The notes: generated by a model not told the origin, from the sequence alone. Counted from the first letter of the stretch, positions 27,163 through 37,322 are shown. The stretch: 64,000 nt of DNA from an uncultured Gammaproteobacteria bacterium (GCA_964540995.1 CAZIOU010000001.1:6742-70741); one strand, 5' to 3'. Numbers and translations are program-made.

Positions 27163-28893
27163 ATGTTACGGAGTTCGGAAGTGGCCGATTCCGGTCGTAT
27201 CAATAAACGAATAACGATACTTAGTATCGTTATTTTGGTATTCTTTTTAGCTATTGTGACACGTCTTTTCTGGCTCCAAGTCTTGAATTACGAACATTAC
27301 GCTGACCAAGCGACACGTCAACAGCGCAAGATAGCCACTGTGGAAGCTACACGTGGGCAGATCTATGCTCGTGATCACACCAACGTTGGTGGTAGCGATC
27401 TCTATCCACTAGCGGCCAATAAAATATTTTATGAAATTTTCGCTGATCCGACCAAGGTGACCAGACCTGATAATGCCGCCGAAAGCTTAGCGACATTGCT
27501 CGATTTTAAAAAAGAAGACCTAATCGATCGTTTGAAGAAGACTGACGATCAGTATGAATTGATTAAGCACAAAGTTCCGATCGATATCAAAGCTAAGATC
27601 GAAGCTTTGAAACTGCCCGGTATCTATAGCCGTGAAGAAGTGTGGCGTTATTATCCAGACAAAGAAATTGGCGCCCAATTGCTGGGATTTTATGGCTATC
27701 TCAATGATGATAAAACTGGTACCTACGGTCTGGAAGGCTACTGGGACAAACAATTGGCCGGCACCAGCTGGACTGGCAGCTGGTTCAAGTCACCCAATGG
27801 TTCGGCTATCGGAGGACAGAATAACGACAAGGCCATCAACGGTGCCAACCTGATCTTGACGATTGATCGGACGATCCAATATCAAGCTTGCAAAGCTCTC
27901 GACAAAGCTGTCCAAGACCTCGGTGCTTCTGATGGCACTGTTATTATCGAAGAAACAACCACCGGTAGGATCTTAGCTTTGTGCAATAGCCCTAGCTTTG
28001 ATCCCAATAGTTATAACGAAGTCGAGGACGCTAGCCGTTTCAATAATAATATTGTCTATGACGCTTATGAGCCTGGTTCCGTTTTCAAAGTTTTGGCAAT
28101 GGCTGTGGCTATCGACAGCGGCAAAGTTAGTCCAGCTACTACATACGATGATACTGGAATGGTCAAATTGGCTGGATTTGAGATTCATAATTCCGATCGC
28201 AAAGCTCACGGCGTCGTCACCATGACGCAAGTACTGGAGAAGTCACTTAATACCGGTATGATCTTCGCCACTGGAGACGTACCCAATGCCCAGTTCAAGA
28301 AGTATATGAGTAATTTTGGTTTTGGCCAGCGCTATAATATTGAAATCGATCAAGAAGTGGCGGGTGATATCAGCTCCTTATCCAAACAAGGTCAAATCCA
28401 CAAAGCTACCGCTTCCTACGGCCAAGGCATCACGGTCACTGGTTTGCAATTGGTTAATGCAGTTAACGCTATTGCTAATCACGGTAAGCTAATGCAGCCC
28501 TACATCGTAGAAGAAGTGAAGCGTGAGGGAGTGGCGGTGGAGAAGCACGAGCCCAAAGTAATCCGTCAGGTTATCACGCCAGCAACCGCCAGCAAAGTCT
28601 CGGCTATGATGGTCAGTGTGGTGGAAAATGGCTATGGTAAGAAAGCCGGTGTGCCGGGCTACTTCATCGCTGGTAAGACTGGTACGGCTCAAGTAGCCGA
28701 GAACGGTAAGTATGGGGACAAGACGATCCAGACCTTCGTCGGTTTCGGACCAGTCAGCAATCCACGCTTCACCATGGTGACGAAGCTAACTAATCCCAAA
28801 GGTGCCGACTGGGCGGAAGCTAGTGCCACGCCATTATTTGGAGAAATTGCTAAATTTTTGATGAATTACTATCAGATTCCGCCGGAACGATAG
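27163..28893 (+). CDS. ftsI: Class B penicillin-binding protein (FtsI/PBP2 family)
   Basis: YEPGSVFK (SxxK), SLN, KTGTAQ. Confidence 0.9.
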   Translation: MLRSSEVADSGRINKRITILSIVILVFFLAIVTRLFWLQVLNYEHYADQATRQQRKIATVEATRGQIYARDHTNVGGSDLYPLAANKIFYEIFADPTKVTRPDNAAESLATLLDFKKEDLIDRLKKTDDQYELIKHKVPIDIKAKIEALKLPGIYSREEVWRYYPDKEIGAQLLGFYGYLNDDKTGTYGLEGYWDKQLAGTSWTGSWFKSPNGSAIGGQNNDKAINGANLILTIDRTIQYQACKALDKAVQDLGASDGTVIIEETTTGRILALCNSPSFDPNSYNEVEDASRFNNNIVYDAYEPGSVFKVLAMAVAIDSGKVSPATTYDDTGMVKLAGFEIHNSDRKAHGVVTMTQVLEKSLNTGMIFATGDVPNAQFKKYMSNFGFGQRYNIEIDQEVAGDISSLSKQGQIHKATASYGQGITVTGLQLVNAVNAIANHGKLMQPYIVEEVKREGVAVEKHEPKVIRQVITPATASKVSAMMVSVVENGYGKKAGVPGYFIAGKTGTAQVAENGKYGDKTIQTFVGFGPVSNPRFTMVTKLTNPKGADWAEASATPLFGEIAKFLMNYYQIPPER

Positions 28894-28910
28894 TAGTGTA
28901 TAATAGCTAT

Positions 28911-30188
28911 ATGAGACCCATTATCACCAAAGTAATAAGCTTTTTAGCTCATCGGATCATCAGTGTCCAGAAGCCTTTTATCATTGGCATTACCGGCAGT
29001 GTGGGTAAGACTTCGACCAAAGAAGCAATTGCTACCGTGCTTAAGGCTCGTTATAGACTGCGAGCTTCGGCCAAGAGTTTTAATAATGAACTGGGGTTGC
29101 CCTTCACCATCATCGGTGTCGATGCTCCAGGCAAAGACCTCGGGGCTTGGTGGAGTATATTCAAGCAGGCTTTCGGCTTGCTACAGAAACGATCTGATTA
29201 TCCAGAATTGTTGGTGTTAGAAATGGGCGCTGACCGCGTGGGCAATATAACTGCCTTGACCAATCTAGCCCCGCTCAATATCGGTGTGCTGACAACCATT
29301 GGTCCTTCGCATTTAGAATTTTTTAAGACTATTGATAACGTTACCAAAGAAAAAAGTGTTATTTTTAAATCATTACCCAAAGACGGTTTAGCGGTGCTCA
29401 ATATTGACGATCCGATTATTGCCACGTTGACAGGTAAGGTTAGTGCTAAATTATTGACGTATGGTTTCCATCCCGAGGCCGATGTCCGTGCCAGCGATGA
29501 TACCTTGAGCCATCAGAATAACGCTTGGGGACTAGCGTTCAAATTGAACTATCGTGGCAACACAGTGCCGGTCTTTCTACCGCAGTCTGTGACTCGCGCC
29601 AATATTTTGGCAGCGTTGGCAGCGGCAGCTATTGGCTTGCATCAGGGGATGAATCTGGTGGAAGTGGCGCAAGCGTTGCAGCAATTCCAGCCCACAGCTG
29701 GCAGAGGCAGGTTAATTGAAGGACGCAATGGTTTATTGATTCTAGATGATACCTATAATGCCTCACCGCAATCGACCAAAGTTGCTCTGGCTAGTTTGCA
29801 GCGTTTGGCTGGTGAAATTAACGCTACTACGGCTGCTGTCCTAGGTGAGATGTTGGAGTTAGGCGATTATACTGTTCATGCGCATGAGGAGATTGGTCGG
29901 GCAGCGGCTGAAGCCAAAGTAGGACTATTGCTGGCAGTTGGTGAGCATGCTGAAGCTATCAGTCGGGGCGCTCAAGCTGCTGGTATGTCTCTGACTTCAA
30001 TAGTTACCCTAGCCACGTCTATCGCTGCTTTGGAATATCTGCAGAAACGTGACCTAGCTGGCACACTGCTTCTGGTCAAAGGTTCTCAAGGCACTCGCAC
30101 CGAACGCATTGTGCGTGGTCTGATGGCTGATCCGTCGCGGGCCGAAGAATTATTAGTTCGTCAGTCAGCCGCATGGTTACAGAAATAA
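28911..30188 (+). CDS. murF: UDP-MurNAc-tripeptide--D-Ala-D-Ala ligase
   Basis: ITGSVGKTSTKE, NNELGLP, DDTYNASP, LVKGS. Confidence 0.94.
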   Translation: MRPIITKVISFLAHRIISVQKPFIIGITGSVGKTSTKEAIATVLKARYRLRASAKSFNNELGLPFTIIGVDAPGKDLGAWWSIFKQAFGLLQKRSDYPELLVLEMGADRVGNITALTNLAPLNIGVLTTIGPSHLEFFKTIDNVTKEKSVIFKSLPKDGLAVLNIDDPIIATLTGKVSAKLLTYGFHPEADVRASDDTLSHQNNAWGLAFKLNYRGNTVPVFLPQSVTRANILAALAAAAIGLHQGMNLVEVAQALQQFQPTAGRGRLIEGRNGLLILDDTYNASPQSTKVALASLQRLAGEINATTAAVLGEMLELGDYTVHAHEEIGRAAAEAKVGLLLAVGEHAEAISRGAQAAGMSLTSIVTLATSIAALEYLQKRDLAGTLLLVKGSQGTRTERIVRGLMADPSRAEELLVRQSAAWLQK

Positions 30189-31879
30189 TACAGGCCAGTG
30201 TTTATATAGTTATTCATCTAGCCCTAGGCTATGGTTGGTTTAGCTTCTGGCAGGGGAGAGGTAAATCAGCCATCGACAGTGTCTTGGCGAGTTTGCTTAC
30301 CGTACTGGCGCAGACTATTGCCGGCGTATTTTTGCTAGGATTGTTGGGACTATTCTCAACGCTTACTATCTGGCTGTGGCAAATTATTGTTATCGTTGGA
30401 GTTTATTGGATCAGCCGTAAGCAATTACTAGTATCATGGCGGCTTATCTTGAGACGATCATGGTATGACTATCTGTTCTTGGTTTTGCTTACAACGGTAT
30501 CTCTGGCAACGTTAATCTTATCCTTCCGTTCGGCTGATGTTTCCTTTGATAGTTTAAATTATCACTTACCGTGGGCAGCCTATCTGTTACAAGAGGGTCG
30601 TCTTGATTATTTCCAGACGCTGATCCCGTGGATCAATGTCTATCCCAAAGCGATCGAAGCTTGGCAAGCTTGGCATCTGGCTTTGTGGCACAACCAGTCT
30701 TTGTTGCAAGTTACTAACTTAATTTTCTGGCTCTTGGGATTTGGTTCGGTCTATGCCTTAGCGCGGGAGTTTGGTATTTCTCGTTTCATTTCGTTTGTGG
30801 CAGCTATTACCTATGCAGTTACGCCATTAACTATCTTGCAGCTGCGCACCAACTATATTGATTTGGCTTTGTCGTCATTGGTTTTGCTCTTACTCTATTG
30901 GTCAGTCAAGAAATTTGATGAGTCATGGTGGCTGTGGTCCATCACCGCCGGTATCCTGATCGGTAGCAAAGCCACGATGGTTATCTTGGTGGCGCTGGCT
31001 CTCGTAGTCAAAGTCGTCAGCGGTTGGACCAAGCCCTACAAATGGCCGTGGTATGTGCTAACGATTGCCGGCTTCGGCAGCTATTTCTACGCTCGCAATT
31101 GGTGGGCCAGTGGTACGCCGATCTATCCTATCGGGCCGAAGTTAATTTCTCTCGATCAATTATTATCCGGTTCACAAGCAGCGATTCTCAAAGGCAAGCC
31201 TATGTGGGAGCAGTTGTGGATTAATTTTACTACTGTCTACGGTAATTACAGTTATCAGATGAATCCGGGCGGATTTGGTTGGTTGTGGTTACTGATCTTA
31301 TTACCAGCTTTAATTATCTTTTTATTCTGGGGATGGAGACAGCGACAGTTCCGATTGATGACTGTGGTGCTAGCCCTTGTCATCGGATTTCTGCTTATGC
31401 CGGCTAATTGGTGGTTGCGCTATGGCTTATTTGTTGTCGCAGCTGGGAGCCTATCTCTGGCTTATATACTGGCTACATTGCCACATCATTGGCGTTGGGT
31501 GGGTTGTGGCATTGTTGTGTTATTTATTATCCATAGTTGCCTGATCACTGGTTTTAGTTGGCAACGAACAGAGTTGACGCGGTATTATCCGGAATTTGGA
31601 AGTTTAGCTGCTGTCCAACAAGCGGGTAGTGTCATTGCTTACGATAGTCGGTTACAGTTACCGTTTGTCTTGTGGAATCATGATCTATCCAACCGTGTAG
31701 TCTTCGTCTCGTCAGCTGATAAATCCTACGATCAATGGATGGCAGGTCTACGCGCTTCGAAAGTACAATATATCGTCACCAAATATCCCTCGTTGGAATT
31801 GCAGCAGATCGATAGTCATAAGGCTAATTTTGAGCTGCTGGCTAGTCAGGGGGATGTGAAGGTTTGGGCGGTGAAGTAG
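30173..31879 (+). CDS. Multi-TM GT-C-like glycosyltransferase
   Basis: DSLNYHLP motif, YIDL, more than 10 TM helices, YARNW...GTPIYP. Confidence 0.75.
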   Translation: MVTEIIQASVYIVIHLALGYGWFSFWQGRGKSAIDSVLASLLTVLAQTIAGVFLLGLLGLFSTLTIWLWQIIVIVGVYWISRKQLLVSWRLILRRSWYDYLFLVLLTTVSLATLILSFRSADVSFDSLNYHLPWAAYLLQEGRLDYFQTLIPWINVYPKAIEAWQAWHLALWHNQSLLQVTNLIFWLLGFGSVYALAREFGISRFISFVAAITYAVTPLTILQLRTNYIDLALSSLVLLLLYWSVKKFDESWWLWSITAGILIGSKATMVILVALALVVKVVSGWTKPYKWPWYVLTIAGFGSYFYARNWWASGTPIYPIGPKLISLDQLLSGSQAAILKGKPMWEQLWINFTTVYGNYSYQMNPGGFGWLWLLILLPALIIFLFWGWRQRQFRLMTVVLALVIGFLLMPANWWLRYGLFVVAAGSLSLAYILATLPHHWRWVGCGIVVLFIIHSCLITGFSWQRTELTRYYPEFGSLAAVQQAGSVIAYDSRLQLPFVLWNHDLSNRVVFVSSADKSYDQWMAGLRASKVQYIVTKYPSLELQQIDSHKANFELLASQGDVKVWAVK

Positions 31880-31964
31880 GGGAAGGTTAAAATACTTAAT
31901 TAAAAACAAGCCTTTGTAGGCTTTTTTTAAATTTGTCCCTTATGGCTCTCTATCGTGGAAGATG

Positions 31965-32228
31965 TTAGAACTGCGGTATTGGAGCCTGTATATTGAAGTA
32001 ATGAAGAAGCCATCCGACAATGATTAGAAAAGCTATAGTCCCAACCAAAAAAACTAACCTACGATAGACATAACTTGCAACATCCATCAGGAACCGTTGA
32101 ATAAGCTTGATAAGAAGCCAAGCATAATACAGTGGAGGCACTACAACCAAATTGACGACGGTCATTAGAATATCAGTTTTTGAACGATAACTATTGCGCA
32201 TGTTTTTAAAATGTGGATTAACGGTCAA
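31965..32228 (-). CDS. Small 2-TM hypothetical protein
   Basis: 87 aa hydrophobic ORF; start uncertain. Confidence 0.45.
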   Translation of the reverse strand: MTVNPHFKNMRNSYRSKTDILMTVVNLVVVPPLYYAWLLIKLIQRFLMDVASYVYRRLVFLVGTIAFLIIVGWLLHYFNIQAPIPQF

Positions 32229-32295
32229 GCTTATACCTTAAGAACTATTTGTCAAGTAACCGGGATGAATTCCGATAGGTATGACACTTGCTTTT

Positions 32296-33624
32296 CTATA
32301 AATAGCGCTTAAGAACTACATATTGTCTGGCTTTAGCAATACAGATTCCATTTTTGATAGCATAACATTCAACAAAATGCATGCCATTAAATTTGGTATG
32401 CTCAGGCATGTTACGCGTGTGATGATCTGTAATCTCTCCGCGCGGCTCTGGAGAATTATCATCATTTTTTACTTTCCATTTATATAAAATCAAATTCCCA
32501 GTGTTGTCTGTGATGGAAAAGTTGATTCTTCTATCTACTTCAATTTGCCCATTTTTATCTAAGACGATCTCTCTGAACCCACCCTGACGAGGGAGAACTC
32601 TCGCGGTGATATTAAGTGAAAGGCTATTATCTGTAAATGTTGGAATATGTTGATCGAATAGATACTCTTCAGTTTTGCTGACACGCTTATACCGTCTACT
32701 CTTAAGTAAATCGGATACACTTATTTGTCCAATGTCTTCCAAACCAATTAAAAAAGCATCACGTGAATAGATTATTGCGTCTCTCTCAATCTGTGATAAA
32801 TGAGCAATATAATCATCAATAAATTTATTTTGGTCAGCTCTATCGGGTATCTGTGGCCTGGAGATTAAATTAGGTAACCTAAAAAAGAATTCAAAAATAG
32901 CATCAGCTGCTGTGATAGTTTTATCCTCCATAAAAATCCTATAGATCGCCTGCTCAATATGGAAAGACTTTAACTTGAACCCTTGATCTGCCTCTTTACA
33001 GTTGTGTCTCCACCTTTTAACAAATTTCACTGCCTTTCTAAAATCCGAGTTCGTTTTATTCAGGTCAGTTGCGTCTTTTATGTATCCTTTAGGATCAGAT
33101 TTTAACCACCACTCATTCTCACTTCCATAGACTCTTGAAAGTTCATCATACCGTAAACTCCTTTTTTTCTTACTTACTTGAATAATCTCTGGTACCCAAT
33201 AAATATCATCGCCATAATCATTGCTATAGCCAGAAGTAAATGCTGGGACAATATCTACAGAAAACTTTTCTTCACCCCCATTCATAAAGGAAATGGTTAT
33301 TGAGTGAGATTGCTTTGCAAATTTTATTTGATAGCTGGTAGGATTTTCAAAATTATTTGATAGCTGGCTTTCTAACTTTGAAAGTATTGATCCGGGATCC
33401 AGATTTTCGGGATCAAATTTGCCGTTTATGTATAGTACATCAATGTCGTGAAGTGGTTTTGATGCTGTGAATCGGGCATACGAACCAATTAAAATACAGT
33501 TCACTCCCAAGGCAAGTTTTAAAGCAGCGTATACACTTGTCGCAAATACTTGTTCCCCATTAGACGGGGAGAGATTTGATTTGACGTAGTCACGGAGTTG
33601 GGAATTTAAACTATCTTTTGTCAT
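32296..33624 (-). CDS. cGAS/DncV-like nucleotidyltransferase (CD-NTase/SMODS) with C-terminal AGS-C domain
   Basis: LIGSYARFT..PLHDIDVL, FSVDIVPAF, SDPKGY, VKFVKRW, LKSFHIE; C-terminus YKWKVKN...RGEI...EHTKFNGMHFVECYAIKNGICIA. Confidence 0.88.
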   Translation of the reverse strand: MTKDSLNSQLRDYVKSNLSPSNGEQVFATSVYAALKLALGVNCILIGSYARFTASKPLHDIDVLYINGKFDPENLDPGSILSKLESQLSNNFENPTSYQIKFAKQSHSITISFMNGGEEKFSVDIVPAFTSGYSNDYGDDIYWVPEIIQVSKKKRSLRYDELSRVYGSENEWWLKSDPKGYIKDATDLNKTNSDFRKAVKFVKRWRHNCKEADQGFKLKSFHIEQAIYRIFMEDKTITAADAIFEFFFRLPNLISRPQIPDRADQNKFIDDYIAHLSQIERDAIIYSRDAFLIGLEDIGQISVSDLLKSRRYKRVSKTEEYLFDQHIPTFTDNSLSLNITARVLPRQGGFREIVLDKNGQIEVDRRINFSITDNTGNLILYKWKVKNDDNSPEPRGEITDHHTRNMPEHTKFNGMHFVECYAIKNGICIAKARQYVVLKRYL

Positions 33625-34138
33625 AGGGCGATACGAGTGCCAGATTAAGAAGAAGCGTTAAGAGACGTGCAGAGGAATTACACATTTCAAAATAGATATG
33701 TTGCTGAAACTTACTCATATGTTCGCTTGAGATTCTATTTTCTGGTTTCGCAAGGATTATCAACGGTATCTTTTTTACTTTTGCTGTCGCAACCAAGTCT
33801 GGGTAAAATTCGTATGAACCAGAGTATTCAGCCACGTAAATCGCAAAATCCTCGAATGTCTGTAATTGATCAAGTCCCGCTGAGATATCATAAACTCGCT
33901 CTACCTTTGAGAAAAGACCGTTCTTATTTAACATCTCCATTTCTGTTTCAAGCGCATCTTGATTTGTTTTTAGAAGATAAACTTTTCGCTTTAAATTTCT
34001 GAACATACGAATTTCTTTCTTAAAGAAAAAACGTAAAAAGACAAAACACGTGATTGTACCGATACTAAAATAGAATAAAAAAGTAAAGAGCGCATAAATA
34101 TCGAGTGCGGTCGTTATATTCTCCCAAGAGAAGCTCAT
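33611..34138 (-). CDS. Putative CBASS effector: N-terminal TM plus Rossmannoid alpha/beta domain
   Basis: Overlaps the CD-NTase start by 14 nt; one long hydrophobic helix, then alternating strands and helices (KVYLLK, IYVAEY, IPLIILA). Confidence 0.65.
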   Translation of the reverse strand: MSFSWENITTALDIYALFTFLFYFSIGTITCFVFLRFFFKKEIRMFRNLKRKVYLLKTNQDALETEMEMLNKNGLFSKVERVYDISAGLDQLQTFEDFAIYVAEYSGSYEFYPDLVATAKVKKIPLIILAKPENRISSEHMSKFQQHIYFEMCNSSARLLTLLLNLALVSPYDKR

Positions 34139-34209
34139 ATTCGCGGTGTTAATAAATTAATTTTTCTCACAAGGGGGAGATATTTACACGATACCTCCCC
34201 CATTTATAC

Positions 34210-35421
34210 TTACTCAATCAGAGCTAACTTAAGACCCTCATAGCAGCCGCGCCACAAGGAAATCTCCTTACCTAATTTATTGGGATTTCTATGTTCAAGC
34301 GCTCTCTCGCAAACTCGCAGTGCCAATAAGGTTCCATGTTTCTCAAATACATCGAAAGGATTGTGTGACCATTCGTATCGATCGCCACGATCTTTAATAA
34401 GAGCTCGAAAAGCTGCAAGTATAGGATAGATAAAACCACTTGGAATCCCATAGTTAGAAGATTCGTCGATGAAGTAGAGATCATAACTGGCTTTCTTTTT
34501 GTAAGTAACACCAGTGAAACGACCAAATCTGCCGCCGCTCTTAAGCTCGGCCACATCCTTATTTGAATCGAGCTGATTAACACTCTTATTATAGAGTTTT
34601 GGCAGACCTTCATAGATCATATCCCTCAAACGCAAGATATCCTTAAGTAAAGGATACAATTTATTCATCTCTTTGTGGTTCTCACTGAAGTGATTTAACG
34701 CAGCAGCCTTTGAAACGTAGGCAACGGATGGTTGCCTATCCTGTCCAAAATTCTTTGCGTCAAAACAAATCAAATAGGAAATGATATCGCGGATATCAAT
34801 CGGTTTTTTTGCATCGTCAGAATACAATTCATTCTCTTTGAATGCTATAAGATCAAAATACGACTCTCCTCGCAAGGCATCTTTGAGTGGATTAAAATCA
34901 CCCTGTAAATTCATCAATGATTGGTCTTTGACCTGAGTAGATGTATTACGCGCGTCCACAATATCGACTATATCTTCGACCTCGCTGAAGCCTTCCATGA
35001 TTTCCAGCTTAAGGTATAGGCTATCTCTTTTTTCTGGCGGTAGATCATTCAACTCGTCGATTAAGATTTTACAGGTGTGACCACCATCAAGTAACCCATG
35101 CTTACTCTTATCAGTCATGGTGAGAGTTAAAACACCACGCTGATTATCAAATTCTATTTTGTCAGCCATCACTACAAGTCCGCGATTCTTAAACATAAAC
35201 ATGTCGGGGCTGTGTTCTGCTGATTCTGCAATTTTCTTTGCTACCCGAGATGTAGTCTTTGGATCTCGAGGGTTAATACCTCGCCAATCATAGAGGTCTT
35301 TAAGGAACAAATCGGCTTTTGCTATTGCCGAATAAAAACGCACACCTTGTTGGTCAAGGGGTGTTTCAAGTCTCCTTACGGAGAATGTATCTATGTTGAG
35401 ATTCATATAATTATGACTCAA
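34210..35421 (-). CDS. AIPR family protein
   Basis: INPR, FMFKNRGLVV, GLLDGGHT, ARNTSTQVK. Confidence 0.85.
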   Translation of the reverse strand: MSHNYMNLNIDTFSVRRLETPLDQQGVRFYSAIAKADLFLKDLYDWRGINPRDPKTTSRVAKKIAESAEHSPDMFMFKNRGLVVMADKIEFDNQRGVLTLTMTDKSKHGLLDGGHTCKILIDELNDLPPEKRDSLYLKLEIMEGFSEVEDIVDIVDARNTSTQVKDQSLMNLQGDFNPLKDALRGESYFDLIAFKENELYSDDAKKPIDIRDIISYLICFDAKNFGQDRQPSVAYVSKAAALNHFSENHKEMNKLYPLLKDILRLRDMIYEGLPKLYNKSVNQLDSNKDVAELKSGGRFGRFTGVTYKKKASYDLYFIDESSNYGIPSGFIYPILAAFRALIKDRGDRYEWSHNPFDVFEKHGTLLALRVCERALEHRNPNKLGKEISLWRGCYEGLKLALIE

Positions 35422-35588
35422 GTTATTTAATTAATAACTGTGACCCCGACTTAAGGTTACCCTGTAAGCCGATTTAAGAGTCTAAGGGTTGCCCCTGTAG
35501 ACAATTGAGTTTTTAACGATCACTTGGAATTTAGTATCTACCTTTTGTAGAATTTGTCAAGGGTCAGGCTTTATGTTAGCCTGCGTCT

Positions 35589-35843
35589 ATGCCTCAAGAT
35601 CCAACATTCAAAGAAGATGGTAAGCGTCGTATATTCTGTGCCGCTTGCAGGCGTCACATCACTGATAGCTACCTGGGAGAAAAGAATACACGAAATATCC
35701 GCTGTAAAGGCTGCAAGTCAGTAAACATTGTATTCCCTCCCAGAAAAGGTGATATAGATGGCCAGAAGGTAATTTTGTTTGGTCCAGGCCAATCCATATT
35801 TACTGCTGATTTGACAGAATCCGAAATAGAAGATAGTCTGTAA
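35589..35843 (+). CDS. Small zinc-ribbon protein
   Basis: CAAC...IRCKGC. Confidence 0.6.
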   Translation: MPQDPTFKEDGKRRIFCAACRRHITDSYLGEKNTRNIRCKGCKSVNIVFPPRKGDIDGQKVILFGPGQSIFTADLTESEIEDSL

Positions 35844-35892
35844 TTGACTTTAAAAACCGAACAGGGTTATAAAGGGTCGAAAGACCAAAGAG

Positions 35893-35948
35893 AACCCGCA
35901 AAGCATATACCTTCTCGCAAGGCATAGCTTTGCGGGTTTTTTGTTTGT
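35893..35948 (+). terminator. Intrinsic terminator
   Basis: aacccgcaaagc/gctttgcgggtt followed by a T-tract. Confidence 0.75.
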
Positions 35949-36015
35949 CATGGGGATTTAGAAATGCTGATTTATCCCCATGAGTCAGCATTTTTTAGTT
36001 CAGTAATGTTACTCA

Positions 36016-36180
36016 ATGTTACCAGTAGAAGCTATAGAAGAATTCAAGATTATCTACTCAAAAATACTTGGGGTTGCGTTGGATACCCCTGAAGCGCTGA
36101 AAAAGGCCGAAAATCTTTATAATCTGATTAAAGTCGTTTATCAAAAACCCATAGATCCCCAAAGAAAAACAGGGGTATAG
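36016..36180 (+). CDS. 54-aa helical protein (paralog of 38984-39157)
   Basis: Manual translation MLPVEAIEEFKIIYSKILGVALDTPEALKKAENLYNLIKVVY... Confidence 0.65.
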   Translation: MLPVEAIEEFKIIYSKILGVALDTPEALKKAENLYNLIKVVYQKPIDPQRKTGV

Positions 36181-36392
36181 GGACTACAAAGATGATTTGC
36201 AGAAACCAAAATTGTTCAAAAAAATAGCCAAACAAAGTCAAACAAAAATCGTCGCGGATACGGCCCGCCCGACGTTAAATAGGCTGGACTGCACACTGGG
36301 GAGCGGACTACCTTACATCAGATAAAAACTGATGCCTAACAATTCCGCACGTCACTTTTTTTAAGCAGGTGACGGAGGGAAATAGTTAACTT

Positions 36393-36605
36393 ATGAGTAT
36401 CTATGAAAAATCTAAAAGAAAATCAAGGTTTAGCGATCTTGTTAGGATTGATCCTAAGCAAAAGCTATTTCTCCGTAAGCATAAGGACTGTCGGACTATG
36501 GCGGGGTTCTTGGATAAGATCATTAACCGCTATAAACGGGACATGCGTAGCGCTACAAAAGATTACAAAAACCGACAAAACCGGAGTGTTGATTTCAAGT
36601 CTTAA
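36393..36605 (+). CDS. Small basic ribbon-helix-helix-like protein
   Basis: LVRIDPKQKLFLRK...TMAGFLDKII; upstream GGAGG. Confidence 0.55.
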   Translation: MSIYEKSKRKSRFSDLVRIDPKQKLFLRKHKDCRTMAGFLDKIINRYKRDMRSATKDYKNRQNRSVDFKS

Positions 36606-36658
36606 TAACCCCACTTTTAGGGCCAATTATAGAGAAAGAGACTCTGAAAAAGTGTTGG

Positions 36659-36800
36659 TTGATTTAACCACTTTTGTAGTTTATAATGTTGATACAATTA
36701 AATATCGCACGCTAATGCATTCAGAAGCCCTCATCAGGCCTTGCATTAGCGTGCGGAACGATAGCAATATCGTTAAAACTGGTGGGGGCCTTTTAGTTCC
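36659..36800 (+). promoter_or_regulatory. Promoter plus pseudoknotted 5' leader
   Basis: TTGATT-17-TATAAT; 14-bp stem 36706-19/36742-55; loop 36727-37 pairs with 36779-89; GCAA-capped hairpin. Confidence 0.6.
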
Positions 36801-36815
36801 CACGGAAAGGAAAAT

Positions 36816-37322
36816 ATGAACGAACAAAATCAAGCGAAATCAGGCAAGAAGTGGTATCAAAAATGGTGGGTTATAGCCCTTCTGCTGATGTTTTTCTATG
36901 GGCTCGGTAAAATGGCTCTGGAGCTGCCAAAGACCTCTACAGAGGCGTCACAATCGGCCACAGAGGCTCCCCAAAAAGTTGCCTATGAGGTAACAAAAGA
37001 ATGGGCAATACCTAATGGCGGTAAAGGGATGGTAATAGTGCTTTCGCCGGATAAGGTTAATCTCTCTGACATGGAACGATTGGGAGAGCAATTACGTGAG
37101 GCGGCTAAGTCCGACAGGGTTGGAAATGTGGTAATTTTTTCCGATAAGGCCACTGCTCAACAATATGATAATTCATTGAATTTAATTGAAGAGGAAAAAG
37201 TCAATTACCTCAAGCACTTAGTTGGGGTTTATAACAAAAACGTGAATACTGGTAGTCATGAATTTAGTATTTACTTGGATGGAATTGATGGAGCTGTAAC
37301 AAAAAAGATTCAATACGAATAA
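36816..37322 (+). CDS. Membrane-anchored hypothetical protein (phage/ICE type)
   Basis: KKWYQKWWVIALL anchor; AAGGA SD. Confidence 0.75.
   Translation: MNEQNQAKSGKKWYQKWWVIALLLMFFYGLGKMALELPKTSTEASQSATEAPQKVAYEVTKEWAIPNGGKGMVIVLSPDKVNLSDMERLGEQLREAAKSDRVGNVVIFSDKATAQQYDNSLNLIEEEKVNYLKHLVGVYNKNVNTGSHEFSIYLDGIDGAVTKKIQYE

Noticed and set aside
36250-36340. Pistol-ribozyme-like start (cgtcg...cgacg ttaaatagg ... agcgg)
   Set aside because: The P1 loop is 15 nt and I cannot form the required 6-bp pseudoknot or P2/P3. It may be another small structured element, but a ribozyme call is unsupported.
36403-36819. 138-aa ORF
   Set aside because: It overlaps the RHH-like ORF and spans a clear promoter and RNA structure, so it is likely spurious.
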